DNA of 64,000 nt, taken from NCBI GenBank assembly GCA_049521795.1, contig JBEKOM010000001.1:32001-96000 (forward strand), given 5' to 3'. Positions within the stretch are counted from its first letter, which is position 1. Every line of letters begins with the position of its first letter. The notes under the pieces were generated by a model. It did not search any database. It saw only the letters and a list, made by a program, of their open reading frames with translations, and was not told the DNA's origin. The translations under genes and the position numbers were made by a program. This stretch comes from Candidatus Bathyarchaeia archaeon (GTDB lineage Archaea > Thermoproteota > Bathyarchaeia > Bathyarchaeales > Bathycorpusculaceae). This document shows positions 9,961-18,794 of the stretch, piece by piece.

Positions 9961-10422
9961 ATGGTTGACATAACAGAGATTTCTGCCCTTGTAGCTGCTG
10001 CAGGTGTGCTAGTTGGTGTTGCTTACTATGTTCTAGACATGAGGAATCAGACAAAAATGAGACAGATGGATTTTGTCCTGAGACTGCCTTCTTCCTTCAT
10101 AGGAAGAGATGTGTTTGAAACAATTGCAACTGTCATGAAAACAGAATTTAAGACCTTTGATGACTATGAAGAGAAATGTGGCATTGAAGCCCGTCAAGTA
10201 GCTGGCTTGGGTGAAGACCTTGGGCTTCTAGTCAAAAAAAAGGTCGTAGAATTTAACCTAGTCTATGAAAGGTATGATGTGAGGTCTGTATATGAAAAGT
10301 TGAAACCTTGGATAGAAGAGTCTAGAAGAAGAACGAACAATCCAAGAAATTTTGAATATTTTGAATATCTCTACAATGAAGAAAAGAAGAGAGAACAGAA
10401 ACTCAAGAAATCAAAAGCGTAA
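9961..10422 (+). CDS. Membrane-anchored helical protein (DUF4760-like)
   Basis: N-terminal TM; EDLGLLVKKKVV...FEYFEYLYNE pattern. Confidence 0.6.
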   Translation: MVDITEISALVAAAGVLVGVAYYVLDMRNQTKMRQMDFVLRLPSSFIGRDVFETIATVMKTEFKTFDDYEEKCGIEARQVAGLGEDLGLLVKKKVVEFNLVYERYDVRSVYEKLKPWIEESRRRTNNPRNFEYFEYLYNEEKKREQKLKKSKA

Positions 10423-10449
10423 ACTATCAGTCTTTTTGAACCAGTTTTT

Positions 10450-10477
10450 GGTTTTGCGGAAAAGTTATAGCTGAACC
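10450..10477 (+). promoter_or_regulatory. Island motif B copy
   Basis: Same motif, about 30 bp before TTG 10507. Confidence 0.7.
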
Positions 10478-10506
10478 AATGTAACTCTGTGGGTTGGTGA
10501 GTTGGG

Positions 10507-11058
10507 TTGCTTGAAGGTAAACTTGTGAACCTGCGAGCTTGGGAAAGGGAAGATATTGATTTCTTAGCTGAACATCGCAATGACATTAATTGTATGGGTG
10601 AGTACTGGCCCATTATTAGGCAGTATTCGAAGTCAGATTACCAGAAAGTGTTTGATAATCCTTCAAACTTGCAAATCTTACTTGAGGCTAAGACATTTGT
10701 CATTCAGAAGAAAGATGGGACTAGGATAGGAGAGATTCATCATTATCTAGATATAACCCATCATTGGATGGAGCTTGGTTATTGGTTAGTGCCGAGTGAA
10801 AGGAAAAAAGGATATGCAACCGAAGCAGTCCAGTTAATAGTTGACTACCCGTTTCTTTCAAAGGAACTTGTGCGTGTTCAGGCTATTACTGATGTCAGAA
10901 ATTTCGCTTCTCAGAGGGTTCTTGAAAAAGCAGGGTTCACGAAAGAAGGGATAGTCCGCAAGAGTGCTTTCACCCGAGGAGAATGGAAAGACGGGTGCCT
11001 ATTCAGTATTCTCAGAGAAGAATGGAAAGAACCAAAAATACTAACAAAAACCATATGA
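10507..11058 (+). CDS. GNAT acetyltransferase, RimJ/RimL family
   Basis: ELGYWL..ERKKGYATEA; NFASQRVLEKAGF.KEG. Confidence 0.9.
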   Translation: MLEGKLVNLRAWEREDIDFLAEHRNDINCMGEYWPIIRQYSKSDYQKVFDNPSNLQILLEAKTFVIQKKDGTRIGEIHHYLDITHHWMELGYWLVPSERKKGYATEAVQLIVDYPFLSKELVRVQAITDVRNFASQRVLEKAGFTKEGIVRKSAFTRGEWKDGCLFSILREEWKEPKILTKTI

Positions 11059-11146
11059 AGATGAATTGGCTGGCGTTTTTCTGTTCTACGCTTTCGACAT
11101 AACTCTCTTCTTTTCTGATGTATTAGAAGTTCTAAAAAGAAAAGTG

Positions 11147-12133
11147 CTAAGATTCTAGAAATCTCTTGATAGTTTCCATTGGACTCTCTTCGGTCATCAG
11201 TGCCAAGCTCTCTGAGGAATATTGTCCCCGAGACTGCCCAAGTTCTCTCTTGATGATTTTTGCCAAGGCCATTGCAATAGTGTCCACATCCAATTGATTG
11301 GCCTTGCCATTGACTTTCTCTAGAGGAATTGAATTTACAATTTGTTGCCAAGCCTCTCGAAGTTCATCTCTAGACAGGATATATGTCAAAACATCCTTGT
11401 TCACAGTCTTGAACATCAGAATCCTTAGAATGTCTCGATTTACATTCAAATGGCATCCAGTGTCGAAGAATATCTTTCGCATTATATGAGGATTGAAGAC
11501 AGGAACTCCAGCAATCTTGCAGATTCGTTCTAACATCTTGGCGATACCTCTTTTGGTTGTTGGCAATTCAAGACCTGACTTCTGAAGCTGTGTTGCAAGT
11601 CCCAGGGTCATTTCCGAAATGTAGACTCGGCCAGGAACATTCTCTTTTTCTGATTCTATCAAGAAAGTTCCTTCAGTCATTCTTGGAATAACTTTCTTCA
11701 CCAAGTCACCAACTCTGCAAGGACAGTCTCTCATTAGACCCAGCACCGTCTTAGTCTGCAGATCTCCTAGCCTGAAGCAATTCTGTAGATTTTCCAAGGT
11801 CGGAATATTGACATCAATCTTCATCTGGGTATCTGGAATTTTGTTTTTCAATCGAAGTTCCAAATCATAGTAACTAAAGAATGAACTTGCTCCGAAGACA
11901 TAATTGCTTGCTGTGGACTTGCTAAGTTTCTTTTTGTCCTGCAAGAATTTCCAGAATAAGACAATTTCTGTGGTGAACCTCTTTCCTTCCTTTCTTCTTA
12001 GTTCCAATATTTCTTCAGAGTCCATTCCAAGGAACTCTTTAAGATACAAGAATGCCTTAGCATGGTGAAGTTTGGTTGATTCCGAAATCAGACTTGCTAA
12101 CCATTCTTGTTCCTTGTCCAACATAGGATCCAA
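11147..12133 (-). CDS. Tyrosine recombinase/integrase (atypical)
   Basis: SAM-like core-binding region; catalytic R (PCRVGD), HxxR (PHIMRK), Y (VLTYI); usual LMGH replaced by LMFK. Confidence 0.75.
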   Translation of the reverse strand: MDPMLDKEQEWLASLISESTKLHHAKAFLYLKEFLGMDSEEILELRRKEGKRFTTEIVLFWKFLQDKKKLSKSTASNYVFGASSFFSYYDLELRLKNKIPDTQMKIDVNIPTLENLQNCFRLGDLQTKTVLGLMRDCPCRVGDLVKKVIPRMTEGTFLIESEKENVPGRVYISEMTLGLATQLQKSGLELPTTKRGIAKMLERICKIAGVPVFNPHIMRKIFFDTGCHLNVNRDILRILMFKTVNKDVLTYILSRDELREAWQQIVNSIPLEKVNGKANQLDVDTIAMALAKIIKRELGQSRGQYSSESLALMTEESPMETIKRFLES

Positions 12134-12454
12134 TTCTCGTGCCTCCCTTTTCGTTTTTATGAAGGCAGAATTCAGAAACGAGAACAGTCAGTTCCTACTT
12201 GGATCCAAATATCCATGGTACGTTGAAACCGAGGAGGGGTAGGTTCCTCAGCCCACCAAATAAGACTTCTCAACCCACTAAAATCTAAGAGGCGGGATGG
12301 AAGTTGAGTCCTGGCAAATGGGGACATCACCAGCCGACCCGCCCACTCTCCCTTCTTCTTTCTGCATCAACGTATTCTGGTCACTTGGCATTAACATATG
12401 CATCCCGCAGTCAAACCAGAACGCTTTAGCTGGCATCGTCCGACTATGGCACCG

Positions 12455-12493
12455 ATAAATCTAATGTTCCACTCCACACTTAACTCCACACTT
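12455..12493 (+). repeat. Right direct repeat of island (candidate attR or duplicated promoter)
   Basis: Matches 4954-4992; the 15-bp core also occurs at 14001-14015. Confidence 0.7.
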
Positions 12494-12593
12494 CACCGGA
12501 TGGAACTTCTAGGAAAGCAAGAGCGCGCGTTACGCTTATTAGTGAGCAATTTTGAGAGATCGTTCACAGTGCACTTTACGGGGCTAAACTGCA

Positions 12594-13325
12594 ATGGGAA
12601 CAGCTAAGGAAGAAAACTTTGACGAAGTCAATTACGAGCATCAAATCAAAGTCACCAGGAATGGCCCATACATTGTTTCTGGCAAACTCCCCATATCCGA
12701 ACAAATAATCATCGTCAACAAGGAAGGGATTCCAGTCGAATGGCGTTCGGGCAAGAAATATCCTTTACAGGAAAAATGCGGCCTTTGCCGATGCGGAGAA
12801 TCAAAGAACAAACCTTTCTGCGATGGAACACACACAAAAATCGGTTTTGACGGTACCGAAGGGGCCAGCAGTGAACCCTACCTGAAACAGGCAAAAACTA
12901 TACAGGGCCCAACGCTCAAGCTAACCGACGTTGAAGATCTTTGCGCCTCTGCGCGTTTCTGTCATAGAGCAGGCGAAATTTGGAACCTTGTTCCAAAATC
13001 AGACGACTTGGATTCTAAACGTGCGGCAATCGAAGAAGCAGCAGACTGCCCCTCAGGTCGCCTTGTAGTTTGGGACAAGAAAACAGGGAAGGCGATTGAA
13101 CCAAAATTGGAAAAATCAATCGGGCTAATCGAAGACCCTCAGCTGGAGTGCAGCGGTCCGATCTGGGTGCGAGGAAGCATCCCGATCAGGTCTGCAGATG
13201 GAAGAATCTATGAAGTTCGCAATCGCGTTACTCTCTGTCGCTGCGGCAAGTCCTCCATCAAGCCATTTTGCGACAGCAGCCACTTTCCCGAGCATCTCTA
13301 CGAAGAAATGATGTCTTCTAAGTAA
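12594..13325 (+). CDS. CDGSH iron-sulfur domain protein (two CDGSH motifs plus central Fe-S domain)
   Basis: LCRCGESKNKPFCDGTH and LCRCGKSSIKPFCDSSH; central CASARFC...CPSG. Confidence 0.9.
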   Translation: MGTAKEENFDEVNYEHQIKVTRNGPYIVSGKLPISEQIIIVNKEGIPVEWRSGKKYPLQEKCGLCRCGESKNKPFCDGTHTKIGFDGTEGASSEPYLKQAKTIQGPTLKLTDVEDLCASARFCHRAGEIWNLVPKSDDLDSKRAAIEEAADCPSGRLVVWDKKTGKAIEPKLEKSIGLIEDPQLECSGPIWVRGSIPIRSADGRIYEVRNRVTLCRCGKSSIKPFCDSSHFPEHLYEEMMSSK

Positions 13326-13570
13326 AGTCAACATGACCTTAATATTTTGCCGCGCGTGCGCTGAGAAAAACGGGAGGCCACCTACTGCCATGCTTTTCGC
13401 ACTGAGCATTTGAGCTAATGTTAGTAAGCTTCAACATCGATTACATTAGTCCAAGCTGCTTCATCATTCCGACTACGTCGTAGAAAAGACGTTCCTCTGC
13501 GATTTCGCTGCTTTTCCAAGTGGCAACGGTGCAGAATTCAAGGGGAAGCGCGCTAAAAAATGAGAAAAAT

Positions 13571-13909
13571 CTACGGATTCTTGGTGAGTTCTGCTAGTTG
13601 TTTTTTATTGAGCCCAACTCCAGGCGTGGCATCAAGTCTCTTGTGCACCTTTCCTTTTTTGAAAAGAAGCACCGTGGGGTAGTACTCTATCGCGTATAGC
13701 TCACATAAATCTGGTCTGTCATCAACTATGACGCTCATGCACTCTTGCGGATTGCCTCTTGCGTACTCTTCAAATACTGGTAGGAACCTTTGGGAAAATG
13801 GGCACCAACTAGCGTAGAAAAGGACGAAAGCCCTTTCCTTGTTTTCTATTTCTCCTTCCGGACTGCTGCTTCTGGAGACTTCTACTTTACGCCTTTCAGC
13901 TTTGCTCAT
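13571..13909 (-). CDS. Thioredoxin-fold protein (CxxS)
   Basis: FYASWCPFS motif; cis-Pro YYPT. Confidence 0.8.
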   Translation of the reverse strand: MSKAERRKVEVSRSSSPEGEIENKERAFVLFYASWCPFSQRFLPVFEEYARGNPQECMSVIVDDRPDLCELYAIEYYPTVLLFKKGKVHKRLDATPGVGLNKKQLAELTKNP

Positions 13910-14018
13910 TCATCCATCGGCCTCTTCTTCAACACATCTTAACCCTGTATGTCAGCAACCATTAGAGTTAACCTTAACGCATTTTTTATCATGGTTACAA
14001 ATAAATCTAATGTTCGAA

Positions 14019-15289
14019 CAATACTGTTAAGGCAAGTTGCCCGGTTCTTTGAGGCCCCAATCCGTTTTGGATTGTCAACTTTTTTTGACTTAACATTGAT
14101 TAATTCAGTTGTTTTCTGAGAGTTTGACACCTATTTCCGTCAAGTTTTCTTGACGAAAAGAGTTTTCTTCACGTTGTTGCACAAGTTAATTGGAGACATC
14201 TTATGTCTACTAATGATGAAGAACCATATTCGACGATTTTTGCATCTTTAAAACATCCCATCCGCCGTAGGATTCTGAGGATGTTGTCGAAGCAGCCTAT
14301 GGGTTTCATGGAGATGATTGAGGTTCTAGGGGTGTCCAATTCCTTTCTGACTTATCATCTTGAGAATCTCGGTGAATTGCTCAGCAAGACGGAAGACGGC
14401 AAGTACAAGCTCTCTAGTTTCGGGGAAGCTGCGAATGCAACAATGACCAAGGTAGAAGACATCCCAACGACTATACCCCACCATTCCACGAGAATAAAGA
14501 CACGTGGGTTTAGAGGCGGAAGTGCTGCCACGGCATTAGGAATAATCTGCATTTTGTTGATTGCTGGTTTGGGCGGAACACTTGCATACTATGCGATGGC
14601 AATTAACAACAAACAAAGTGAACTAAACTCTGCAAACAACACAATCAGCCAGCTAAACACTACCATAGCGAGCCAGAAAGAAGCTATTACCCAGTTGAAT
14701 ACCACGGTCACGAACCTTCAAGACCAAAACGGAAACCTGCAAACATGGCTAGATGGAAACCTGACTCTGACTAATAAGACTCAAATGTGGCTCAGTGGGA
14801 ATGTGACTGCCTACAATCAGCTTCAAGATGAAGTTAGTAACATCCACATCGGGGGCACAAAGAACTCTACGGTTTTGGTGAACAACGAAACATACCCACA
14901 GTATGAAGGACCGACGATAACGGAAAACAACGAAACAATCCAAATCATTCAGCTGGGCTGGGGTTTTTCTGTGCCATCTGCAGGATATATTTCTGTGATG
15001 TTTTCTTCAAACGGTACCTCAACCCCTGTTGAAGTCTCGTACTATCAGAACAGCACCATTAACTGGCTTGGATTCAACCCGATCCTTCAGTTTGATCTGG
15101 GTTCAAGTGGAATAATAGTTTTTCCCGTTTCGGCCTCTACAACCTACCTAATATCTCTTCATAATCCTCTCGGTGAAACTTCTGCTTTCACAATAACAAT
15201 AACGTACCACTACTAGAACCCATTTCTCTTTCTTTAGTCAATCAAGAAATACGAAGAATTTGTGTTGGGTAACTTACCTTAACAGTATC
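14019..15289. mobile_element. Non-autonomous TIR-bounded cassette carrying a wHTH-TM gene
   Basis: ATACTGTTAAGGCAAGTTGCCC (14021-14042) is inverted at 15267-15288 with 2 mismatches; flanked by TGTTCGAA at 14011-14018 and 15290-15297. Confidence 0.55.
14203..15216 (+). CDS. ArsR-type wHTH, TM, coiled-coil and extracellular domain protein
   Basis: FASLKHPIRRRILRML...LTYHLENLGEL; TM helix; heptad N/Q-rich coil. Confidence 0.8.
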   Translation: MSTNDEEPYSTIFASLKHPIRRRILRMLSKQPMGFMEMIEVLGVSNSFLTYHLENLGELLSKTEDGKYKLSSFGEAANATMTKVEDIPTTIPHHSTRIKTRGFRGGSAATALGIICILLIAGLGGTLAYYAMAINNKQSELNSANNTISQLNTTIASQKEAITQLNTTVTNLQDQNGNLQTWLDGNLTLTNKTQMWLSGNVTAYNQLQDEVSNIHIGGTKNSTVLVNNETYPQYEGPTITENNETIQIIQLGWGFSVPSAGYISVMFSSNGTSTPVEVSYYQNSTINWLGFNPILQFDLGSSGIIVFPVSASTTYLISLHNPLGETSAFTITITYHY

Positions 15290-15350
15290 TGTTCGAATTT
15301 CCTTTCTTAGCGCGCGCTGTTTGTTAAGGTTTGACCTGCGCTCTTCAACT

Positions 15351-16229
15351 TCATGTTTTGATCTTCTTTTCTAGCATAACCAGATGAGAAATATCTTGCT
15401 CATCAGCCCCAAACTCTAACTCGCCCACAACTTCTTCGAAACGCTTCTCAAGCGTCACCATGGCCGTGTTCAAACCACCTTCCAAAGCAATCTTTACACT
15501 ATGCGAAACCTGCCCCAGAACACCCTCTGAATCATGGGCATAAACTGTGAAACTCCACCACGGCTGATCCTTCCTGTCAGGCCTCAGATGACAAAAAGAC
15601 AACGAATCGATCTTTTCATTCTTCAATCCAACGTAGAAACGATGATCCTTACCGATCTCTTCAAGATTCTCCAGACTAAACTCCAAAGCCTTCCAATCAT
15701 AAACCAAAACCCCACCAGGGATCATGTCGACATTGTTTCTCAGCAAATCATAAAGCACGTTAGACCCCGTTTCTTCTAAAACATAGCGAACTCGCATCGG
15801 AGGCGACATCTTCACCGCAGTAGCCCAGAACACAGCCAACTCAAGAACGCTTGAGAACCCAGCTTTCACCGCAATCTTCAATGACTCGACATTCCGATCA
15901 CTAGTCGTATAACGAAGCCGCGCAACACCCAACCGCTCACCCTCTGCAACCAAATAAGCAGTGATTTCATTCGCATACCCTCTCTGCCTAAAATCTGGAT
16001 GCACCCTTAGGCCTTCCAACCAGCCAGTCCGTCCACCCTCAATCAGTCGTAAATTACCCACAGCCACAACCCTGCCCTCGACCTCCACACCGACAAAATC
16101 ACATTTCGGATCATTCACCCACACATCAAAAACCGTTCCCAAATAATCATGTCCATCCCAAGTATGCGCTGAAATCTCCAAAACATCGTCCCGATCCGAC
16201 TCAACCAATCTCCGAATCAACACAGACAT
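15351..16229 (-). CDS. GNAT family acetyltransferase
   Basis: WLEGLRVHPDFRQRGYA; GGAGGT ribosome-binding site before ATG 16229. Confidence 0.85.
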   Translation of the reverse strand: MSVLIRRLVESDRDDVLEISAHTWDGHDYLGTVFDVWVNDPKCDFVGVEVEGRVVAVGNLRLIEGGRTGWLEGLRVHPDFRQRGYANEITAYLVAEGERLGVARLRYTTSDRNVESLKIAVKAGFSSVLELAVFWATAVKMSPPMRVRYVLEETGSNVLYDLLRNNVDMIPGGVLVYDWKALEFSLENLEEIGKDHRFYVGLKNEKIDSLSFCHLRPDRKDQPWWSFTVYAHDSEGVLGQVSHSVKIALEGGLNTAMVTLEKRFEEVVGELEFGADEQDISHLVMLEKKIKT

Positions 16230-16319
16230 GACCTCCCCAGCGGCTTCCATCCTTATTTCATTTTTCCCGCAAACACGGAAACGAGGAACCGCTCCCGAAA
16301 AACCGCGGGCGCTAACTTC

Positions 16320-16397
16320 CTATCTTCTTTTCTGTTTCTTTCCGCCACGGGCTCTTCTCGCCTGATGTCCCTTCTGCCTATCGATTGCTTTTCCCAT
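16320..16397 (-). CDS. 25-aa highly basic peptide (not in ORF track)
   Basis: MGKAIDRQKGHQARRARGGKKQKRR, co-oriented between two minus-strand genes. Confidence 0.35.
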   Translation of the reverse strand: MGKAIDRQKGHQARRARGGKKQKRR

Positions 16398-16410
16398 AGG
16401 CTTACTTCTT

Positions 16411-16698
16411 TTACTCATTCTTGTCATCACCGCCTGAAGTGCGCTCAGGAGTTGATTCCGTTCCATTCGGATGCTTCTTCATCCACCTCAATGCGTAAGC
16501 TTCTGCTTTCGATGCAGTCGCATACTCTGGCGATATAGCCTCTCCCTTATCATCAACCCTTACCCTGGGAAACAGCAACGCCACGTATTCCGCCCCAAAC
16601 TCCTTCTTTGTAACAACAAGATTCTGTCCTGTGGTCTCATTCACGAATCCTCGCTGTCGGTCCATTTTTCTCCAGCCTGCTACTATTTTCAATGACAA
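16411..16698 (-). CDS. Hypothetical protein
   Basis: 95-aa ORF in a co-oriented run. Confidence 0.6.
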   Translation of the reverse strand: MSLKIVAGWRKMDRQRGFVNETTGQNLVVTKKEFGAEYVALLFPRVRVDDKGEAISPEYATASKAEAYALRWMKKHPNGTESTPERTSGGDDKNE

Positions 16699-16730
16699 TT
16701 CCTCAGTCGCTCTTCTTTGGCATGTGAGCC

Positions 16731-17372
16731 TTAAGAGCTGATCACTGCTTTCAACTGGCAGCTTGACTCGCGGACGCAGCTGAGCACGCCGTTTCTTCCA
16801 ATGTTCAACTGTCTTTGGCCTTTGAACGTAGAAGCCCTTGCATTCTCAATCTGAATAGTATCTCCCGTAGATATGGAGCCTATCTGCTCGTTCCACAAAC
16901 AAAGTCTGATCGTTCCTGTTTCATCTGCTATCAAGACATTTGCCACGCTCGCATAGTTTCCATAACGAGTGTAGACCAAGCTTGGCTTCGGAATCTCCAA
17001 AACCTTGGCCGTCAGACAAACCTGCCTCATCCCGCTCCGCAGATCTCTGATTGCAAGAACCGAAGATAGCCTAAGCTTCTTGGCTAGGAACCTGCATATC
17101 TTGTCAGTCCCCATATAATCTCTGATGGGATGACCCTTCTCTAAGAGGAATTCCTTGAACACTGAAAGCTGCGCAACAACTTTGGAACTCGTCATAATTA
17201 GAAACATGACCTTGTCCCGTGTTTCACCGCGCCATTCGATCGAAAGGTCCCCGCACACGGACTTCTTACCTTCTTCTGCCACAATCAACGCATAGAAGAG
17301 CCTGTCTGGGTCAACCTCGTATTTTGCTGAAAGAAACGCGAGATACTCAATGGTTGAAGTTTTCTTTCTCAA
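16731..17372 (-). CDS. OB-fold ssDNA-binding (SSB/RPA-like) protein with N-terminal extension
   Basis: IRDLRSGM..V...ADETGTIRLCLWNEQ...FKGQRQLNIG. Confidence 0.8.
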   Translation of the reverse strand: MRKKTSTIEYLAFLSAKYEVDPDRLFYALIVAEEGKKSVCGDLSIEWRGETRDKVMFLIMTSSKVVAQLSVFKEFLLEKGHPIRDYMGTDKICRFLAKKLRLSSVLAIRDLRSGMRQVCLTAKVLEIPKPSLVYTRYGNYASVANVLIADETGTIRLCLWNEQIGSISTGDTIQIENARASTFKGQRQLNIGRNGVLSCVRESSCQLKAVISS

Positions 17373-17443
17373 GACATCTCACTCATTTTCTATGCTTTAC
17401 CTGTTTTGGAAATGATGGTCAAATTCGAAAGCCCTGACAGCAA

Positions 17444-17770
17444 CTACATGGTAAGGTAGCCTTTGAGCCTCAATTGCTCAGTCTGGTTCTTTCTGTATCG
17501 CCAGAATATGTCGCCTCGTGTGTCTGACTGGAAGTCCCAAGGAGAGACTAGCACGATGTCTCCGTCTCGGATCCACACGCGTCTTTTCAGTTTGCCTCGG
17601 ACTCTGCATAATCGTTCCTTGCCATCTTGGCATTTGACCATGATTCGATCGAAACCAAGCATTTTGACTGCCACTCCTAACACGTCATTCTTGCTTGGGA
17701 ACAACATGTTTTCCAAGTTTTCTTCATTAATGACTTTTCTTTTACCCAATTTTCGCACCTCCAGAACCAT
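17444..17770 (-). CDS. eif1a: Translation initiation factor aIF-1A
   Basis: CQDGKERLCRVRGKLKRRVWIRDGDIVLVSPWDFQ. Confidence 0.95.
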   Translation of the reverse strand: MVLEVRKLGKRKVINEENLENMLFPSKNDVLGVAVKMLGFDRIMVKCQDGKERLCRVRGKLKRRVWIRDGDIVLVSPWDFQSDTRGDIFWRYRKNQTEQLRLKGYLTM

Positions 17771-18113
17771 CGGAGCATGGTTGCCTAAAGGGTCGTGACT
17801 AGTCAGAACGATCAGAGAAAAAGCGCACTCTGCGATCCAACTCTTCCTCTAAAGAATCCCAACTAGTAAGAGATGCGTCGCCAAGTATATAGGTCTATGT
17901 GGACAATTTTCTCAAAGTATCATCCGGCACAACTTTTTTGGCTCAGATGGGCCAGTGTTTTGAGTCTTTCGGCCTACGTCTTGTGGGGAGCACTCGGAAT
18001 CATTTCCGCCCGAGAATACCCCATTACAGTTTGAAGACACTTGTGGGCTCCCGCTCAGAAGAAAATCGAAAAATGGAAGAAAAATGATGCCAAGCTAGCG
18101 TTGCCGGCTTAGC

Positions 18114-18254
18114 TTAGAATCTTCTTCGTGGCGGTCCTCGTTTCGAATAGCAATCTCGACAGTAAACAGGTCTGCTTGGGTCAGGCTTGAATGGAACTTC
18201 ACAGTCTTTTCCACAATCAGCACAGACTGCCTTATGCATTTCTTTCTCGGACAT
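18114..18254 (-). CDS. CxxC-x17-CxxC domain protein
   Basis: MHKAVCADCGKDCEVPFKPDPSRPVYCRDCY. Confidence 0.88.
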   Translation of the reverse strand: MSEKEMHKAVCADCGKDCEVPFKPDPSRPVYCRDCYSKRGPPRRRF

Positions 18255-18410
18255 TAACTCTTTCAACTCCTCATATGCTGCTGTGCAAAAATCGCTTCTT
18301 ACACGCTGCATCGACGTTCGCCTCGGGGCTTATAAATAGAGCACCCTCAAATCGAGAAGATATACATGTTTAAGAGTGAGACATGCGTTAGAACGGTGTT
18401 GCAATGGTGT

Positions 18411-18686
18411 ATGCTTGTGTCTCAACCGGTTTATGGAACAATAGTGAATTATCGCATAGGCATCAGAACACAGATGTCAAAATGGTGCCTCATCCAGATC
18501 ATAGGCGAAAGTACCGTCTCTAAGGCAGGCCAGCTCATTGGACGAAGAGTCGTGCTAAAGTACGGAAAGAACAGCTTCACTGGTAGAATCATAAGCTTAC
18601 ACGGCAAGAAAGGCGTCGTCACAGCTAAATTCCGGAAAGGCATACCTGGACAAGCATTAGGAGCAAGGGTCGAACTAACTAGCTAA
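18411..18686 (+). CDS. rpl35ae: 50S ribosomal protein L35Ae
   Basis: G.IVNYRIG..TQ...LIGRRV...GRIISLHGKKGVVTAKFRKGIPGQALG. Confidence 0.85.
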   Translation: MLVSQPVYGTIVNYRIGIRTQMSKWCLIQIIGESTVSKAGQLIGRRVVLKYGKNSFTGRIISLHGKKGVVTAKFRKGIPGQALGARVELTS

Positions 18687-18794
18687 CCGCGCGCGCTAGT
18701 TTTTGCCTGAGCTCGTAAGAGTGGGCTTCTCGAACATTTAAGGGCAGGTCGAATACTATCATTAAGGCCAGAGGATTTGACCATGCAGTTCCGG

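Larger units (their letters stand above)
4954..12493. mobile_element. Putative integrated island (tyrosine recombinase plus cassette-like small genes)
   Basis: 39-bp imperfect direct repeats at 4954-4992 and 12455-12493 (first 19 bp identical, ATAAATCTAATGTTCCACT); visibly A+T-rich; recombinase near the right end. Confidence 0.55.

Noticed and set aside
5000-12133. Classical integron
   Set aside because: No attC-type RYYYAAC...GTTRRRY hairpins seen by eye, no IntI-specific insertion evident in the recombinase, and genes lie on both strands
12242-12258. GCCCACCA as a tRNA 3' end or att site
   Set aside because: No T-loop (GTTCRAATC) or cloverleaf, and no matching copy at the other island end
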